From an uncultured Candidatus Saccharibacteria bacterium (GTDB taxonomy: Bacteria > Patescibacteriota > Andersenbacteria > UBA10190), in assembly GCA_964610055.1 (NCBI GenBank), contig CAZSUC010000001.1:431912-495911 (forward strand): a DNA stretch of 64,000 nucleotides, in the 5' to 3' direction. Positions 29,160 to 39,073 of this stretch are shown one piece after another. Both the position numbers and the translations under genes were made by a program. Below the pieces are notes generated by a model, which was not told where the DNA came from, searched no databases, and saw nothing but the letters and a program-made list of their open reading frames with translations. The stretch's first letter is position 1, and every line of letters begins with the position of its first letter.

Positions 29160-30305
29160 CTAGACAAGGACATCATTGGAAGATTTTTCGCCAAAGAATT
29201 CACTAATCATCTCGTTGTATCTAAAGAAAGCACCAAGTAGTTGGAATGCATAGTCTGGTTGGATAATTCCATCCAATCGAAATAGCTTAATCTTTGTCGG
29301 CTTTCCCCTGCTCCTACTAAGAAGAGGATTCCACTCATCCCTAAATCTCTCATTGTGAACTGCTCGGCTATACGCAAAAACAGATCCATCAAAATGAGTA
29401 AACTTTTGCTGAGACCTATCCCATTCTAAGTGTGCAAACCGGTGCAGTACAACCTTGTCAGTAATTCCAGCACTTCCATTAATTGGCAAAATTTCTTCGA
29501 CAGAAATCGATTTCTTAGGTCCTGTCGACTGATTTTTTATATCAAAGACTGTAGCGTTAATCGGGTAGGTATCGTCCAGTATTTTCTTCTGACTATTTTC
29601 CATCCTCTTGTGCAGTGTCGTTCCTACATAATTTTGATCATTCAAATTTTCAATTGAAAAGTAAGGACCATGCCAATAGTCAGCCTCTACATACTCTAAA
29701 TAGTTCTTCGAATCAGTCATTCGGCTTGGATCAACAGCTAACTTAAGCTCAATATCATTATCATCATGAGCCTTCATCAGCAGGCTAGTTGTATCAGTAA
29801 ACTTTCCCTGAAAAAACCTTCGCAAAAATGGATGATAGTAGATAAGCTTATCTCCAAAAATAATTCCCTGTCTTCTTAAATCAAACAAACTAGCTTCTAC
29901 CAAATTATCACCATCAAACTCCAATTTCTCTTTCTTCAAAAAATCTACCACCAAACCACTGCCACCACGTTCAATATAAAAATTGATTCTCGGGAATAGT
30001 TTATCAACGTCATAGGTTATACATGCAAAAACAATATCTTCAATATTTTCAGAGCCCATTGGAAATAGCAGAAGTTTAAGATCAGGATATTTTTCCATTA
30101 AATCTTGAATATCTGCTTTTTTAACTCTCGTCTTATAAATAGCATCGAGCTTATCGTATAGGTGACGTAGCTGACTGCTATTTAGATAAAAATTTAAACG
30201 AGTAGGAATTCCATCCCTATGAAAAAGCTCTTGGGAAAAGTTGTTGAGCAATTCCTCCTCTGAGCTATTACCACCAACAAAATTGAGAATCGTCTTTTCT
30301 TGCAT
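29160..30305 (-). CDS. Hypothetical cargo protein
   Basis: 381-aa AT-rich ORF with an extended -10 (TGtTATGCT) 6 nt before the ATG. Confidence 0.8.
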   Translation of the reverse strand: MQEKTILNFVGGNSSEEELLNNFSQELFHRDGIPTRLNFYLNSSQLRHLYDKLDAIYKTRVKKADIQDLMEKYPDLKLLLFPMGSENIEDIVFACITYDVDKLFPRINFYIERGGSGLVVDFLKKEKLEFDGDNLVEASLFDLRRQGIIFGDKLIYYHPFLRRFFQGKFTDTTSLLMKAHDDNDIELKLAVDPSRMTDSKNYLEYVEADYWHGPYFSIENLNDQNYVGTTLHKRMENSQKKILDDTYPINATVFDIKNQSTGPKKSISVEEILPINGSAGITDKVVLHRFAHLEWDRSQQKFTHFDGSVFAYSRAVHNERFRDEWNPLLSRSRGKPTKIKLFRLDGIIQPDYAFQLLGAFFRYNEMISEFFGEKSSNDVLV

Positions 30306-30377
30306 ATAAATAGCATAACATTTGAGGCCAGTTACCTACTTCCCTTGTAGAAAACCTTGCGGCACTGTTGACCTGCT

Positions 30378-31661
30378 ATGAGCGACATCCGCTACTGCCT
30401 ATATGCCAGAAAATCGTCAGAACGGGACGAACTTCAAGCCCTTTCAGTGGATTCCCAAGTAAAAGAGATGCAGGACATGGCTAGACGAGATGGGATTAAC
30501 GTGGTGGAGATATATCGAGAAAGTCACTCAGCTAAAGACTCGGGGCAACGTCCGGTATTCATGAAGCTAATTGAAGATATTAGGAGTAGCAAATTCAATG
30601 GAATTCTGACATGGGCGCCAGACCGCTTAAGCAGAAACGCTGGTGACCTGGGATCACTAGTTGATCTCATGGATCAAAAGAAGCTTGAAGAAATCCGCAC
30701 TCACGGTCAGACATTCCATAACTCGCCGAATGAAAAATTCTTACTCATGATCCTGTGTAGCCAAGCCAAGCTTGAGAACGACAATCGAGGACTAAATGTG
30801 AAGCGAGGCCTGCGCGCTAAGTGTGAGATGGGGTATAGGCCAGGGGTATCGCCGCTTGGGTATCTCAACAATAAATTTGCGAAGAAGGGCGAGAAGAAAG
30901 TTACACTTGATCCCGCTCGCGCGCCCATTATTAGGGAGATGTTCGAGAAGGTCGCATATGAAGGCTACAGCGGCCATCAAATACTAAGATGGATTAACAA
31001 TGAGACCGACTTTACTACCAGATCAGGAAAACAAATGGTGCTAAGCACCGTCTATCTCCTACTTCGCGATACTTACTACTATGGGAAATTTGAATACCCG
31101 AAGGGTAGCGGAAATTGGTACAAAGTTAATCACAAATCAATCATCACTAAGAAGATATTTGATCTGGTACAAGAAAATATCGTGGCTACAAAAAAGCGTA
31201 AGCCCGGAACACTGGAGTTCGACTTCACTCGGCTCATAACTTGCGGTGAGTGTGGCTCTGGAATATCAGCGGAGGAGAAATACAAACAACTTAAAAACGG
31301 ATCAGTAAATAGATATGTGTATTACCGATGCAGTAAGGGCAAGCGAGTAGAATGTCACGAACCGTACGTAAGAGAAGAAAACCTTGTTGAGCAGCTATTA
31401 CAGCTGATAGACAATCTGGATATGGATAAAATGCTTATTAGTAATAAGCTAGCCAAAGAATTAGAAAAGTACCAAAAGTTCGCATCTGGAGTGCTGCAGG
31501 TAGAAGAAATTAGTAGTACGCCAAAAGTAGATATTCGCAGTTATGCGAAGTATGTTTTAAAAGAGGGCAGTCGAAGCGAGAAAAGAGACATCTTATCTTG
31601 TCTGCAAACAAAATTAATTCTTACCAATCAAAAAATTTCTCTTAGAGCGCATAGCAACTAG
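30378..31661 (+). CDS. Large serine recombinase
   Basis: YARKSSE catalytic Ser, DRLSR, recombinase domain, Zn ribbon CGECG..YYRCS..C. Confidence 0.95.
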   Translation: MSDIRYCLYARKSSERDELQALSVDSQVKEMQDMARRDGINVVEIYRESHSAKDSGQRPVFMKLIEDIRSSKFNGILTWAPDRLSRNAGDLGSLVDLMDQKKLEEIRTHGQTFHNSPNEKFLLMILCSQAKLENDNRGLNVKRGLRAKCEMGYRPGVSPLGYLNNKFAKKGEKKVTLDPARAPIIREMFEKVAYEGYSGHQILRWINNETDFTTRSGKQMVLSTVYLLLRDTYYYGKFEYPKGSGNWYKVNHKSIITKKIFDLVQENIVATKKRKPGTLEFDFTRLITCGECGSGISAEEKYKQLKNGSVNRYVYYRCSKGKRVECHEPYVREENLVEQLLQLIDNLDMDKMLISNKLAKELEKYQKFASGVLQVEEISSTPKVDIRSYAKYVLKEGSRSEKRDILSCLQTKLILTNQKISLRAHSN

Positions 31662-31678
31662 TCTAAGTAGGTACCTGC

Positions 31679-34600
31679 CTAAGCACTGCATATAACATCA
31701 AGATCTGTTCCAATAGTTTCTTTCAAGTAACTATGCGCAGCTGCAAGTACGGCTGCTTGCTCCGGGGTATGCGAAGCAAGCGAAAGCCCTGGTTGGACTA
31801 TAACTATCTCTGACCTTATCTCTTTAAACCTACTTACCTTTACATAGCGGTTAAGGTCTGAGGTTTGACCTACCAAAAAACGAGTTGCTCTGACCACTTT
31901 TATCAATCTCTTCTCTCTTCCCAAAACATGGCGGCATAAATCTCTAAATTTCCATTTCCACTTTGCTGACCGAATAGCCTGAGAACACACTTCAACTACA
32001 TCATTTACTCGTTCACCGGGGGTACTTCCCTTTGTAAATTTGCAATGAACCAATGTGAGTCTAATATGATCATCCTCTTCCTTTAAACAAACAAGATCAG
32101 CCGCCTCTCCTGAAGCGTCGTCATTAAATACCACGTCAAAGCCCCCTTCAATGAAATGCTGCGCAGCACGCCACTGAATCGAATCCAAATGCTCAGCGCC
32201 CTCTTTCCACATTGATTCCTTGCTAATGTCCACACCTTCCCAATCCCAAACCTCAAATCTTTCTACGGGAAAAGTGAGATCTTGTGTGCTCTGAGGGCGA
32301 ATCAGAAGGTTGCCATCCAGTTCTGATAGATCCATAAAACGTATTAGTGGAGGATAGTTAGAAAAATACTCTTCAACTTTCACTTCTAAGGAGCCGACTC
32401 GAATTTTTAGTTCCATCGAAGATGAGCGAGTAACCCGAAAGCCCTCTATACCCCCAACAGTTAGTTTAAAAATCCCCCAAACATCTCCTGTACTTGAACG
32501 AAGTTGGAAATCAACCTCACTAGTTGTTGCATCAGAGTGTAGTATTTCGATATCAAACATAGCAATCGATAGCTCATCATCTCCCTTTAGCAGTGTCACG
32601 CGCTCTTCCGACTGACGTATCAACTCTACCGGCCAGTCGATGCTTAATATTTGTGCGTCTGGAAGAGCGGTAACCTCTTCCGGAATCAAAACGTTTTCAA
32701 TAATTTTTTTTGTATCAATAGTATCGTCTTTCAACTTCCTACCAACAGCTTCACACCATCTTACAAGCTCGGGTACAGTCCCGGGCTCACGGGCCCAAAT
32801 ACGGCCCTTATATGAACACCCTATTGTTACCGGCCCACCATTTTCCCAGCCTGTTCCACTCAGGTTTGATTTTATAGATCCAGCTCTTTCTGAAATACTT
32901 AGAGCTTCTGCAACATCAGAACCTGTATACAACGCGTACCTTAAATTACGTCGCCCATGCTTCCGAACTCCCACATTTTGAAAAATCAGGCGATTAATAT
33001 TGCCAAGCGACCGAAAAATTATATCTCCTGATATTATCTGTGTACCACCGACTGCTAATGCAACCTTTTCATGATTTGAAGATTTGTCGCTCGATGACAG
33101 AAAAAGCAACCCTTGATCCTGATCATAGTGAAGAACAAAAAGATCCCATATGCGATCACGAATCTTTTTTGAGCGGGTCCACCGGATCGGTGGCTCCAGC
33201 CGAGTTACAAAATAAAGAGTATTTGTTTCCTCATGAAGCCATACCCTATGCACATTGAGACCTTTTGGTATTCCTTTAAAAAACCTTTTTGGGTTAAAAG
33301 ATGCTGCTTCATAGACAAGGGTACTGAAAGTTGGCCTTAGAAGATGGTGCGATATCTCAAGCTCCTCATCACCGTCAACTTCATCAAGTCTCTGTGACGA
33401 GTTAAGAAATTCAACCAAAGATGCGTGAGACCGAGCAGCATCAGAACTAAGCTCACTTAGAAGGTGGTTCCAGTCAGCATCTTCACTGTAAAGTCTTTCT
33501 AAAGCAGAAGACACACCTTGCTCGGCAATATTCGCAATCACAGTTGCATCACCAATTGACTCAGCAGAACTTCGAGTAAATCTTCCGGTAAATTGCAGAA
33601 GTATTGCTAAACTTTTGTGCGTATCATGAATAGCGGCAACTTTCAGTTGAGGAAGATCAAAACCTTCTCCTAGCATATTAACACACACGACTATTCGACT
33701 CCCTCCAGACCTTAACGTGTCTATCAATCCATCGGTATCAGCTAAATCAGAGTGAACAAGAACAGGGTTAAGATCGGGAGCAATTTCTTGATAAATTTGG
33801 CAAACATAGCTAGCCCTGCTTATGTTTGCACATCTTGCCATCATTATGTGGTTTTTCCCTGAGGCGACATCTTCACGTAAACGATCCACTGCAGCTTTTG
33901 CAATTGCCTGATCGGCTGCCTCTTGGTCAATCTCATAAACTGATTCAAAAGAAATCTTTTTGAAATATCCATCACGCTGTGCCAATTGAAGTGGGTATTC
34001 ATAAATCACTTTCCCATCAACCAACTTCCCATCTCGCCGATATGGTGTGGCAGTAAACTGTAAAACTTTGCACGCAGAAAAATTTTCACGGAAAGATGCC
34101 CAACCCTTTGCTGCGACGTGATGAGCCTCGTCAACAATTAAAGTATCAACTACTTCCGCAACTGCAGGTAGCAGACTAGATGTAACACTTCCAGTTAAAG
34201 CGCTCATGGTAGCTACTACTACGTTGCAATCCTCGAATATGCTGACTTCATCCTTAGTCCGGGGGCGCCTGGTAACTATTCCCACAATAGGGTTTTTTGC
34301 TCCAGGCATTAGGTTCCCAAGTGATCGCAGTAAGCCAAGGGTAAGAAATTTTTTAGCCGTTTGATCGCGCAGCACTCTAGACGGAACCACAACTAGTAAC
34401 CTCCCAGAGGCATATGCGATCAAGGTGGCAAGCATTGTCTCGGTTTTGCCAGTACCTGTGGGCATTACGATGGTAGCTGGCTGATTATTCAAGCTCCAGT
34501 GTGAACCGATTGCATGCAGTCCTCCTATTTGAGGTGGCCTTAAACCCTTCGATACAACATTACCAGCTTTATCCCTCTCCTCAGCATGAAAACTAAACTT

Positions 34601-34981
34601 ACCATTCCAACTAGCTGCTATTTCGGTTGCAATGTGCTTAAGGCCTTTTTGTTCAACATTTTCTTGAAATTCATCAAGTAATCTATGGGATAACCACTTT
34701 GATTCAGTACTAGCATCAATTTGCAATATGCCGTCCACACTAGAGGGACGAGAAAGTTTTTTTCGTTCTGTAACAATAATTGCTTGCCCGTCCGAGAGTT
34801 TGTATAGTTTTTCCCTAATTCTAGAAGAGACCTGAATGTCCTCAATGCTAATCACATCTTTTACCCCACCTTCTCCCAAAACGTGACTAATGTGCCCCAC
34901 GGCATGTTTAAGAGGTCCAAACTCAAGAGCAGGGAGTTTCAATTTCGTTGCAGTATTTTCTGATTCTAAATTTGGACTCAT
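31679..34981 (-). CDS. SF2 DEAH helicase with a C-terminal PD-(D/E)xK-like nuclease
   Basis: LRPPQ, PTGTGKT, VDEAHH, TATP, MLGEGFD, QFTGRFTR; C-terminal DDASGEAADLV..LVHCK; start ATG 34981 (ORF open to TTG 34999). Confidence 0.88.
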   Translation of the reverse strand: MSPNLESENTATKLKLPALEFGPLKHAVGHISHVLGEGGVKDVISIEDIQVSSRIREKLYKLSDGQAIIVTERKKLSRPSSVDGILQIDASTESKWLSHRLLDEFQENVEQKGLKHIATEIAASWNGKFSFHAEERDKAGNVVSKGLRPPQIGGLHAIGSHWSLNNQPATIVMPTGTGKTETMLATLIAYASGRLLVVVPSRVLRDQTAKKFLTLGLLRSLGNLMPGAKNPIVGIVTRRPRTKDEVSIFEDCNVVVATMSALTGSVTSSLLPAVAEVVDTLIVDEAHHVAAKGWASFRENFSACKVLQFTATPYRRDGKLVDGKVIYEYPLQLAQRDGYFKKISFESVYEIDQEAADQAIAKAAVDRLREDVASGKNHIMMARCANISRASYVCQIYQEIAPDLNPVLVHSDLADTDGLIDTLRSGGSRIVVCVNMLGEGFDLPQLKVAAIHDTHKSLAILLQFTGRFTRSSAESIGDATVIANIAEQGVSSALERLYSEDADWNHLLSELSSDAARSHASLVEFLNSSQRLDEVDGDEELEISHHLLRPTFSTLVYEAASFNPKRFFKGIPKGLNVHRVWLHEETNTLYFVTRLEPPIRWTRSKKIRDRIWDLFVLHYDQDQGLLFLSSSDKSSNHEKVALAVGGTQIISGDIIFRSLGNINRLIFQNVGVRKHGRRNLRYALYTGSDVAEALSISERAGSIKSNLSGTGWENGGPVTIGCSYKGRIWAREPGTVPELVRWCEAVGRKLKDDTIDTKKIIENVLIPEEVTALPDAQILSIDWPVELIRQSEERVTLLKGDDELSIAMFDIEILHSDATTSEVDFQLRSSTGDVWGIFKLTVGGIEGFRVTRSSSMELKIRVGSLEVKVEEYFSNYPPLIRFMDLSELDGNLLIRPQSTQDLTFPVERFEVWDWEGVDISKESMWKEGAEHLDSIQWRAAQHFIEGGFDVVFNDDASGEAADLVCLKEEDDHIRLTLVHCKFTKGSTPGERVNDVVEVCSQAIRSAKWKWKFRDLCRHVLGREKRLIKVVRATRFLVGQTSDLNRYVKVSRFKEIRSEIVIVQPGLSLASHTPEQAAVLAAAHSYLKETIGTDLDVICSA

Positions 34982-35125
34982 TATTGATATTAGAGACAAT
35001 TGTTAACCCCATACAATAGTATATCCACGACACTTAGGCACGCCTGGACTTAGGGGCACTTCTGTGCTCCATATGATAATTGAGACCTTGGATAGAGTCC
35101 GGTTGACTCGAACTAAATTGGCTTG

Positions 35126-35196
35126 CTCCGGGACAGGGATTCGAACCCCAATTTTTGGGACCAGAACCCAACGTCCTGCCGTTAGACGATCCCGGA
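35126..35196 (-). tRNA. tRNA-Gln(CTG)
   Basis: TCCGGGATCGTCTAACGGCAGGACGTTGGGTT-CTG-GTCCCAAAAATTGGGGTTCGAATCCCTGTCCCGGAG cloverleaf. Confidence 0.95.
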
Positions 35197-35277
35197 ATAA
35201 GTATTCATAAACTACCTTAAAAGTATAAAGTAAGCAACTAGTCAAATCAGGTCATTCGGGGTACAGTAAAGCCCGAT

Positions 35278-35350
<73 letters not shown>

Positions 35351-35374
35351 CTAGCATGTGGTATAATCAAGAAC

Positions 35375-36328
35375 ATGACCGGTCCTTCCGCGTACGTTGA
35401 TGTTCGCAATTTATCAGTTACATATACCGCGCCTCGCTCTAAACTAAAGGCAATTTTTGGTCGCGCTCCTCTGTCATTTCCTGTTATTAAAGATCTTAAT
35501 TTACAACTTTCGCACGGCGATCATGTTGTTTTGTTTGGGTTAGCCGGGTCTGGTAAAAGCACACTTTTACGTGCTTTAGCAGGCGGTATAACTCCTCTGT
35601 CTGGTCGGATTCTTGTGAATGGAATTAATCCAGCACATAATCGTCGCACTGCTGCTGGTTATGTTTCCAGCGAAGAAACTGAACCCCAAGGTGACTCATT
35701 GCGTGACATTCTTTATGCTTATGGCCGCAGTCATGATGTTTTGAATTTGTCTGAAAAGATTGATGCTTTAACCGACGCTGCCGATTTAAACGGAATTTTA
35801 GATCGCACCCCATCCCAACTTTCCACCACCGAACGCTTGCGGCTTAATCTGGCACGCGCTGCTTTATCCGACGCTCCTCTTGTTCTGCTTGATGATGTTG
35901 CTGATACTTTGCCCCCGGCCTTTCTCGCCAATTTTATTGCTGCCGCCATGCCTCATCAAACTATTATTATCGCTACTCGTTTTCCTGAAGTCGCGGAAGC
36001 TTTTGATTGGCCTATTTTGTTATTAAGCCAAGGCCATTTAGTTCACACTGGCACTTGTGATGAATTAGCTGACGCGACCTCCTGTCCCCGCTTTCTTGAT
36101 GTCTGGGTTGAAGGCTTGCGTTATGATTTGTTGCGTCGTTTGCGGCAGCACCCGGGTATTTTATCTGTTAGATTAGTTCCGACCACTCAATTTTCCGGTC
36201 AAAAATTACGCGTCGCTTTACGTTCCGCCCGTTATTTACCCTCAGTGTATGACGCTATCAGCCAAGCGCCTTTAGTGAGCGTTAAAGAAATTCCCGTCAG
36301 TCTGACAGAAATTCTCAGCCGCATCTAG
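35375..36328 (+). CDS. ABC-type ATP-binding protein with a degenerate signature
   Basis: GLAGSGKST; LSTTE in place of LSGGQ; LVLLDD. Confidence 0.8.
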   Translation: MTGPSAYVDVRNLSVTYTAPRSKLKAIFGRAPLSFPVIKDLNLQLSHGDHVVLFGLAGSGKSTLLRALAGGITPLSGRILVNGINPAHNRRTAAGYVSSEETEPQGDSLRDILYAYGRSHDVLNLSEKIDALTDAADLNGILDRTPSQLSTTERLRLNLARAALSDAPLVLLDDVADTLPPAFLANFIAAAMPHQTIIIATRFPEVAEAFDWPILLLSQGHLVHTGTCDELADATSCPRFLDVWVEGLRYDLLRRLRQHPGILSVRLVPTTQFSGQKLRVALRSARYLPSVYDAISQAPLVSVKEIPVSLTEILSRI

Positions 36329-36340
36329 CCCTCAAATTTA

Positions 36341-37267
36341 TCAGTCCCTCAAGTATCGTCTGATCGCAATCAAGCTGCTAAATGTCGCCAAACCAATCGC
36401 GATTATTAATTGCAATCCGACAATTTTAACCCAGTTCTCTACCGCGTATTGGTAAACATTAAATGGATCAGTGTGGGAATCAAAGAAAAATCGTTGTAAT
36501 TGTGGGGTTGCGGTACGTAGTAAAGGAAATAAAATCACGTTCGACAAACCAACTCCCACAATGGCAACCAAGACTGTTTCAAAAATAAACGGCCCTTGGA
36601 TAAACCAACTCGATGCTCCAACTAACCGCATAATATCAATCTCCTCTCGGAAACTGTAAATAGCCAACCGGACTGTATTGAAAGTGATTAATATGACCAA
36701 CAATGCAAAAATTATGGAAATTACAATCGTAACGTTTTTAATCGAATCAATTAACGAAATTAAACGGTCAATCACGCTACGAGAAGAGTCGTAATTAATT
36801 TCTTCAATGTAAGGGACATATTTTTCCGCCTCCAAAGCCTGGGCAATTTTTTCGTAAAACTGCGGCTCAGTCGCCACAATATAAATACTTGCTGGCAGCG
36901 GATTGTCTTCTAGTTCTTGTAGTGAATCCTCGATTAACGGATCATCCTGGTGGCGCGTTTTGAAATTTTCCAACGCTTCTTCGCTGGAAACAAGCCGCAC
37001 GCTCTCCACGTCACTGCGCGCTTCCAGCTCCGCTGCAATCGCATCAATGTATTCTTGCTGAATATTTTCTTTAAATGTAACTGACAAATCAACCTTTTGT
37101 TCAATCGTGTGCAATACTTCGCTGCCAAATACATTCGCAAATAACAAAAATGACACCATTAACAAGGTTAGAGTCATCATAATAGCCGTCGCGACAGACA
37201 GCCAAATATTTCGCCAAAAGTTTTGAAACGCTGATCGTGCTACTCGAAAAAAAGAAATTCCTACCAT
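36341..37267 (-). CDS. ftsX: Cell division permease FtsX
   Basis: NFWRNIWLS, DNPLPAS, FNTVRLAIY..EIDIMRLVGAS..IQGPF. Confidence 0.95.
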   Translation of the reverse strand: MVGISFFRVARSAFQNFWRNIWLSVATAIMMTLTLLMVSFLLFANVFGSEVLHTIEQKVDLSVTFKENIQQEYIDAIAAELEARSDVESVRLVSSEEALENFKTRHQDDPLIEDSLQELEDNPLPASIYIVATEPQFYEKIAQALEAEKYVPYIEEINYDSSRSVIDRLISLIDSIKNVTIVISIIFALLVILITFNTVRLAIYSFREEIDIMRLVGASSWFIQGPFIFETVLVAIVGVGLSNVILFPLLRTATPQLQRFFFDSHTDPFNVYQYAVENWVKIVGLQLIIAIGLATFSSLIAIRRYLRD

Positions 37268-37269
37268 AG

Positions 37270-37950
37270 TTATAGTTTATAAGTTCCTCCTTGCTGGTCA
37301 GAAACAACCAAGCCTTTACTAATAGTTACCACCCGCTTTTTTAACGCGTTTACAATATCGTCGTTATGAGTTGCTAATAAAACTGTTGTTCCTAATTTAT
37401 TAATTTTAATCAGCAATTGCACTATATCCCACGAATGCAAAGCATCTAAATTACCTGTTGGCTCATCCGCTAAAAGAATTTGCGGCTTATACGCCAACGC
37501 TCGTGCAATCGCTACTCTTTGTTTCTCTCCGCCAGACAAATTCGTCGGATATACATCTGCTTTTTCCAGTAAATTCACTAATTTCAAAATATGCGGCACT
37601 GCATTCCGAATTTCACGCGTCGGTGCTCCACCAACTTCCATCGCAAACGCCACGTTTTCAAACACACTGCGCTTCGGTAATAATTTAAAATCTTGAAACA
37701 CTACTCCAATTTGCCGGCGCAAATGCGGAACTTGCCACTTTTTAATCCGTGTAATATCCCAGCCATCAATCACAATCTTACCTGCTGTCGGTCTTTCCTC
37801 AGCCGACAATAATTTTAATAAAGTTGATTTCCCTGCTCCACTTTGCCCTACAACAGAAACAAAATCACCAGTTGCAATGCTCAAAGATACATCTTTTAAA
37901 GCCGCACTACTCGGTGTGTATGCTTTCGAAACGTTAGAAAAAGTAATCAT
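37270..37950 (-). CDS. ftsE: Cell division ATP-binding protein FtsE
   Basis: GQSGAGKST, LRRQIGVVFQDFKLL, LSGGEKQR, ADEPTGNLD. Confidence 0.96.
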   Translation of the reverse strand: MITFSNVSKAYTPSSAALKDVSLSIATGDFVSVVGQSGAGKSTLLKLLSAEERPTAGKIVIDGWDITRIKKWQVPHLRRQIGVVFQDFKLLPKRSVFENVAFAMEVGGAPTREIRNAVPHILKLVNLLEKADVYPTNLSGGEKQRVAIARALAYKPQILLADEPTGNLDALHSWDIVQLLIKINKLGTTVLLATHNDDIVNALKKRVVTISKGLVVSDQQGGTYKL

Positions 37951-37973
37951 GAATTGGACTTAGCCCGTACCTT

Positions 37974-39069
37974 TTATTTTGCCTCAAATGTGGAATCAAG
38001 GAAAGTGTCGAGTTGTCCGTCTAGTACCGCTTGTACATCCGTCGTCTCAACCCCACTGCGATGATCTTTAACTAATTTATACGGATGCAAAACATATGAC
38101 CGAATTTGATTGCCCCAGGCTGCCTCTTTAATTTCACCGCGCAATTCGCTCACTGTTTGTGCGCGTTGCTCTTCCATCAGCTGGCTTAATTTCGCTTTCA
38201 AAATACTTAGAGCCTGTGCTTTGTTCTGTCCCTGCGAGCGTTCATTCTGGCACTCTACTGTAATTCCGGTTGGCATATGTTTGACTCGTACCGCTGAGCT
38301 CGTCTTATTCACTTTCTGTCCTCCCGCCCCGCTGGCGCGGAAAGTATCAATTTCAATTTCTTTCATATCAATTTCCGGTAATTCTTTTTCCGGCAATTGT
38401 GGAATCGCTTCCACGCGTGCAAACGAAGTTTGGCGCAAACTATCCGCGTTAAAAGGTGATTGTCGCACTAATCGATGCACTCCCCGCTCCCCTCTTAATT
38501 TGCCGTAAGCTAAACGTCCGCTAAATAAGATTGTACTGTGTTTTATCCCCGCTTCTTCTCCCGGAGACCGATTAATAATTTTCGTTTGCCATTTTTCATG
38601 CTCTGCAAACCTTAAATACATCCGTTCCAGCATTTCTGCCCAATCTTGGGCGTCTGTCCCTCCTACCCCGGCTTGAATTGTCACAATTGCATTTTGATCG
38701 TCATGCGGCCCGTCAAAACGTAAATCATGCTCAATCTGTGTTAACCCCTTCTCAATTTTTTCCACATCAGCTAACAATGTCTCAATTTCCTGCGCATCTT
38801 TTTCCGCCGCCGCTAATGCCAATAATTCTCGTGTTTCAGTCAGTAACTGATCTAATTCTAGCCACGCTTCAATTCGTCCCTGTGCCGCTGCTTTTTCCTG
38901 CTGCAGGGCTTGCGCGGTTTCTCGATTATCCCAAAATCCGGGCATCAATTCCTGCTGACCTATATCCTCAATCCGTTGTTTTAAGTTTGGTACGTCAAAG
39001 ACGGTCGGCTGCGTCTTGCAGCCGCCGGCTCATGTCTTGTAGTCGTTCTGACCAAGTATCAGGTACCAT
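37974..39069 (-). CDS. prfB: Peptide chain release factor 2 with programmed +1 frameshift
   Basis: ATG 39069, MVPDTW..ADRL, then CTT TGA C (39000-38994) shifts into the frame carrying SPF and GGQ. Confidence 0.95.
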
Positions 39070-39073
39070 ATTG

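Larger units (their letters stand above)
17360..35120. mobile_element. Genomic island next to the tRNA-Gln(CTG) 3' end: terminase plus serine recombinase element with defence and surface cargo
   Basis: Recombinase, terminases, MTase, TIR, helicase and orphans between housekeeping blocks; boundaries approximate, no att duplication seen. Confidence 0.8.

Noticed and set aside
25948-34999. Type III restriction-modification system (MTase plus helicase)
   Set aside because: The MTase is a ParB-fused, terminase-linked type; the genes are separated and on opposite strands.
19630-35054. cctaagtcc / ggacttagg as terminal inverted repeats of the island
   Set aside because: Only 9 bp, not extendable, and plausible by chance over these gaps.
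17360-35120. Complete prophage
   Set aside because: No portal, capsid, tail, lysis or replication genes are recognisable.
35003-35245. 80-aa ORF (also 60493..60684 and 60521..60706)
   Set aside because: These overlap tRNA-Gln genes and are spurious.
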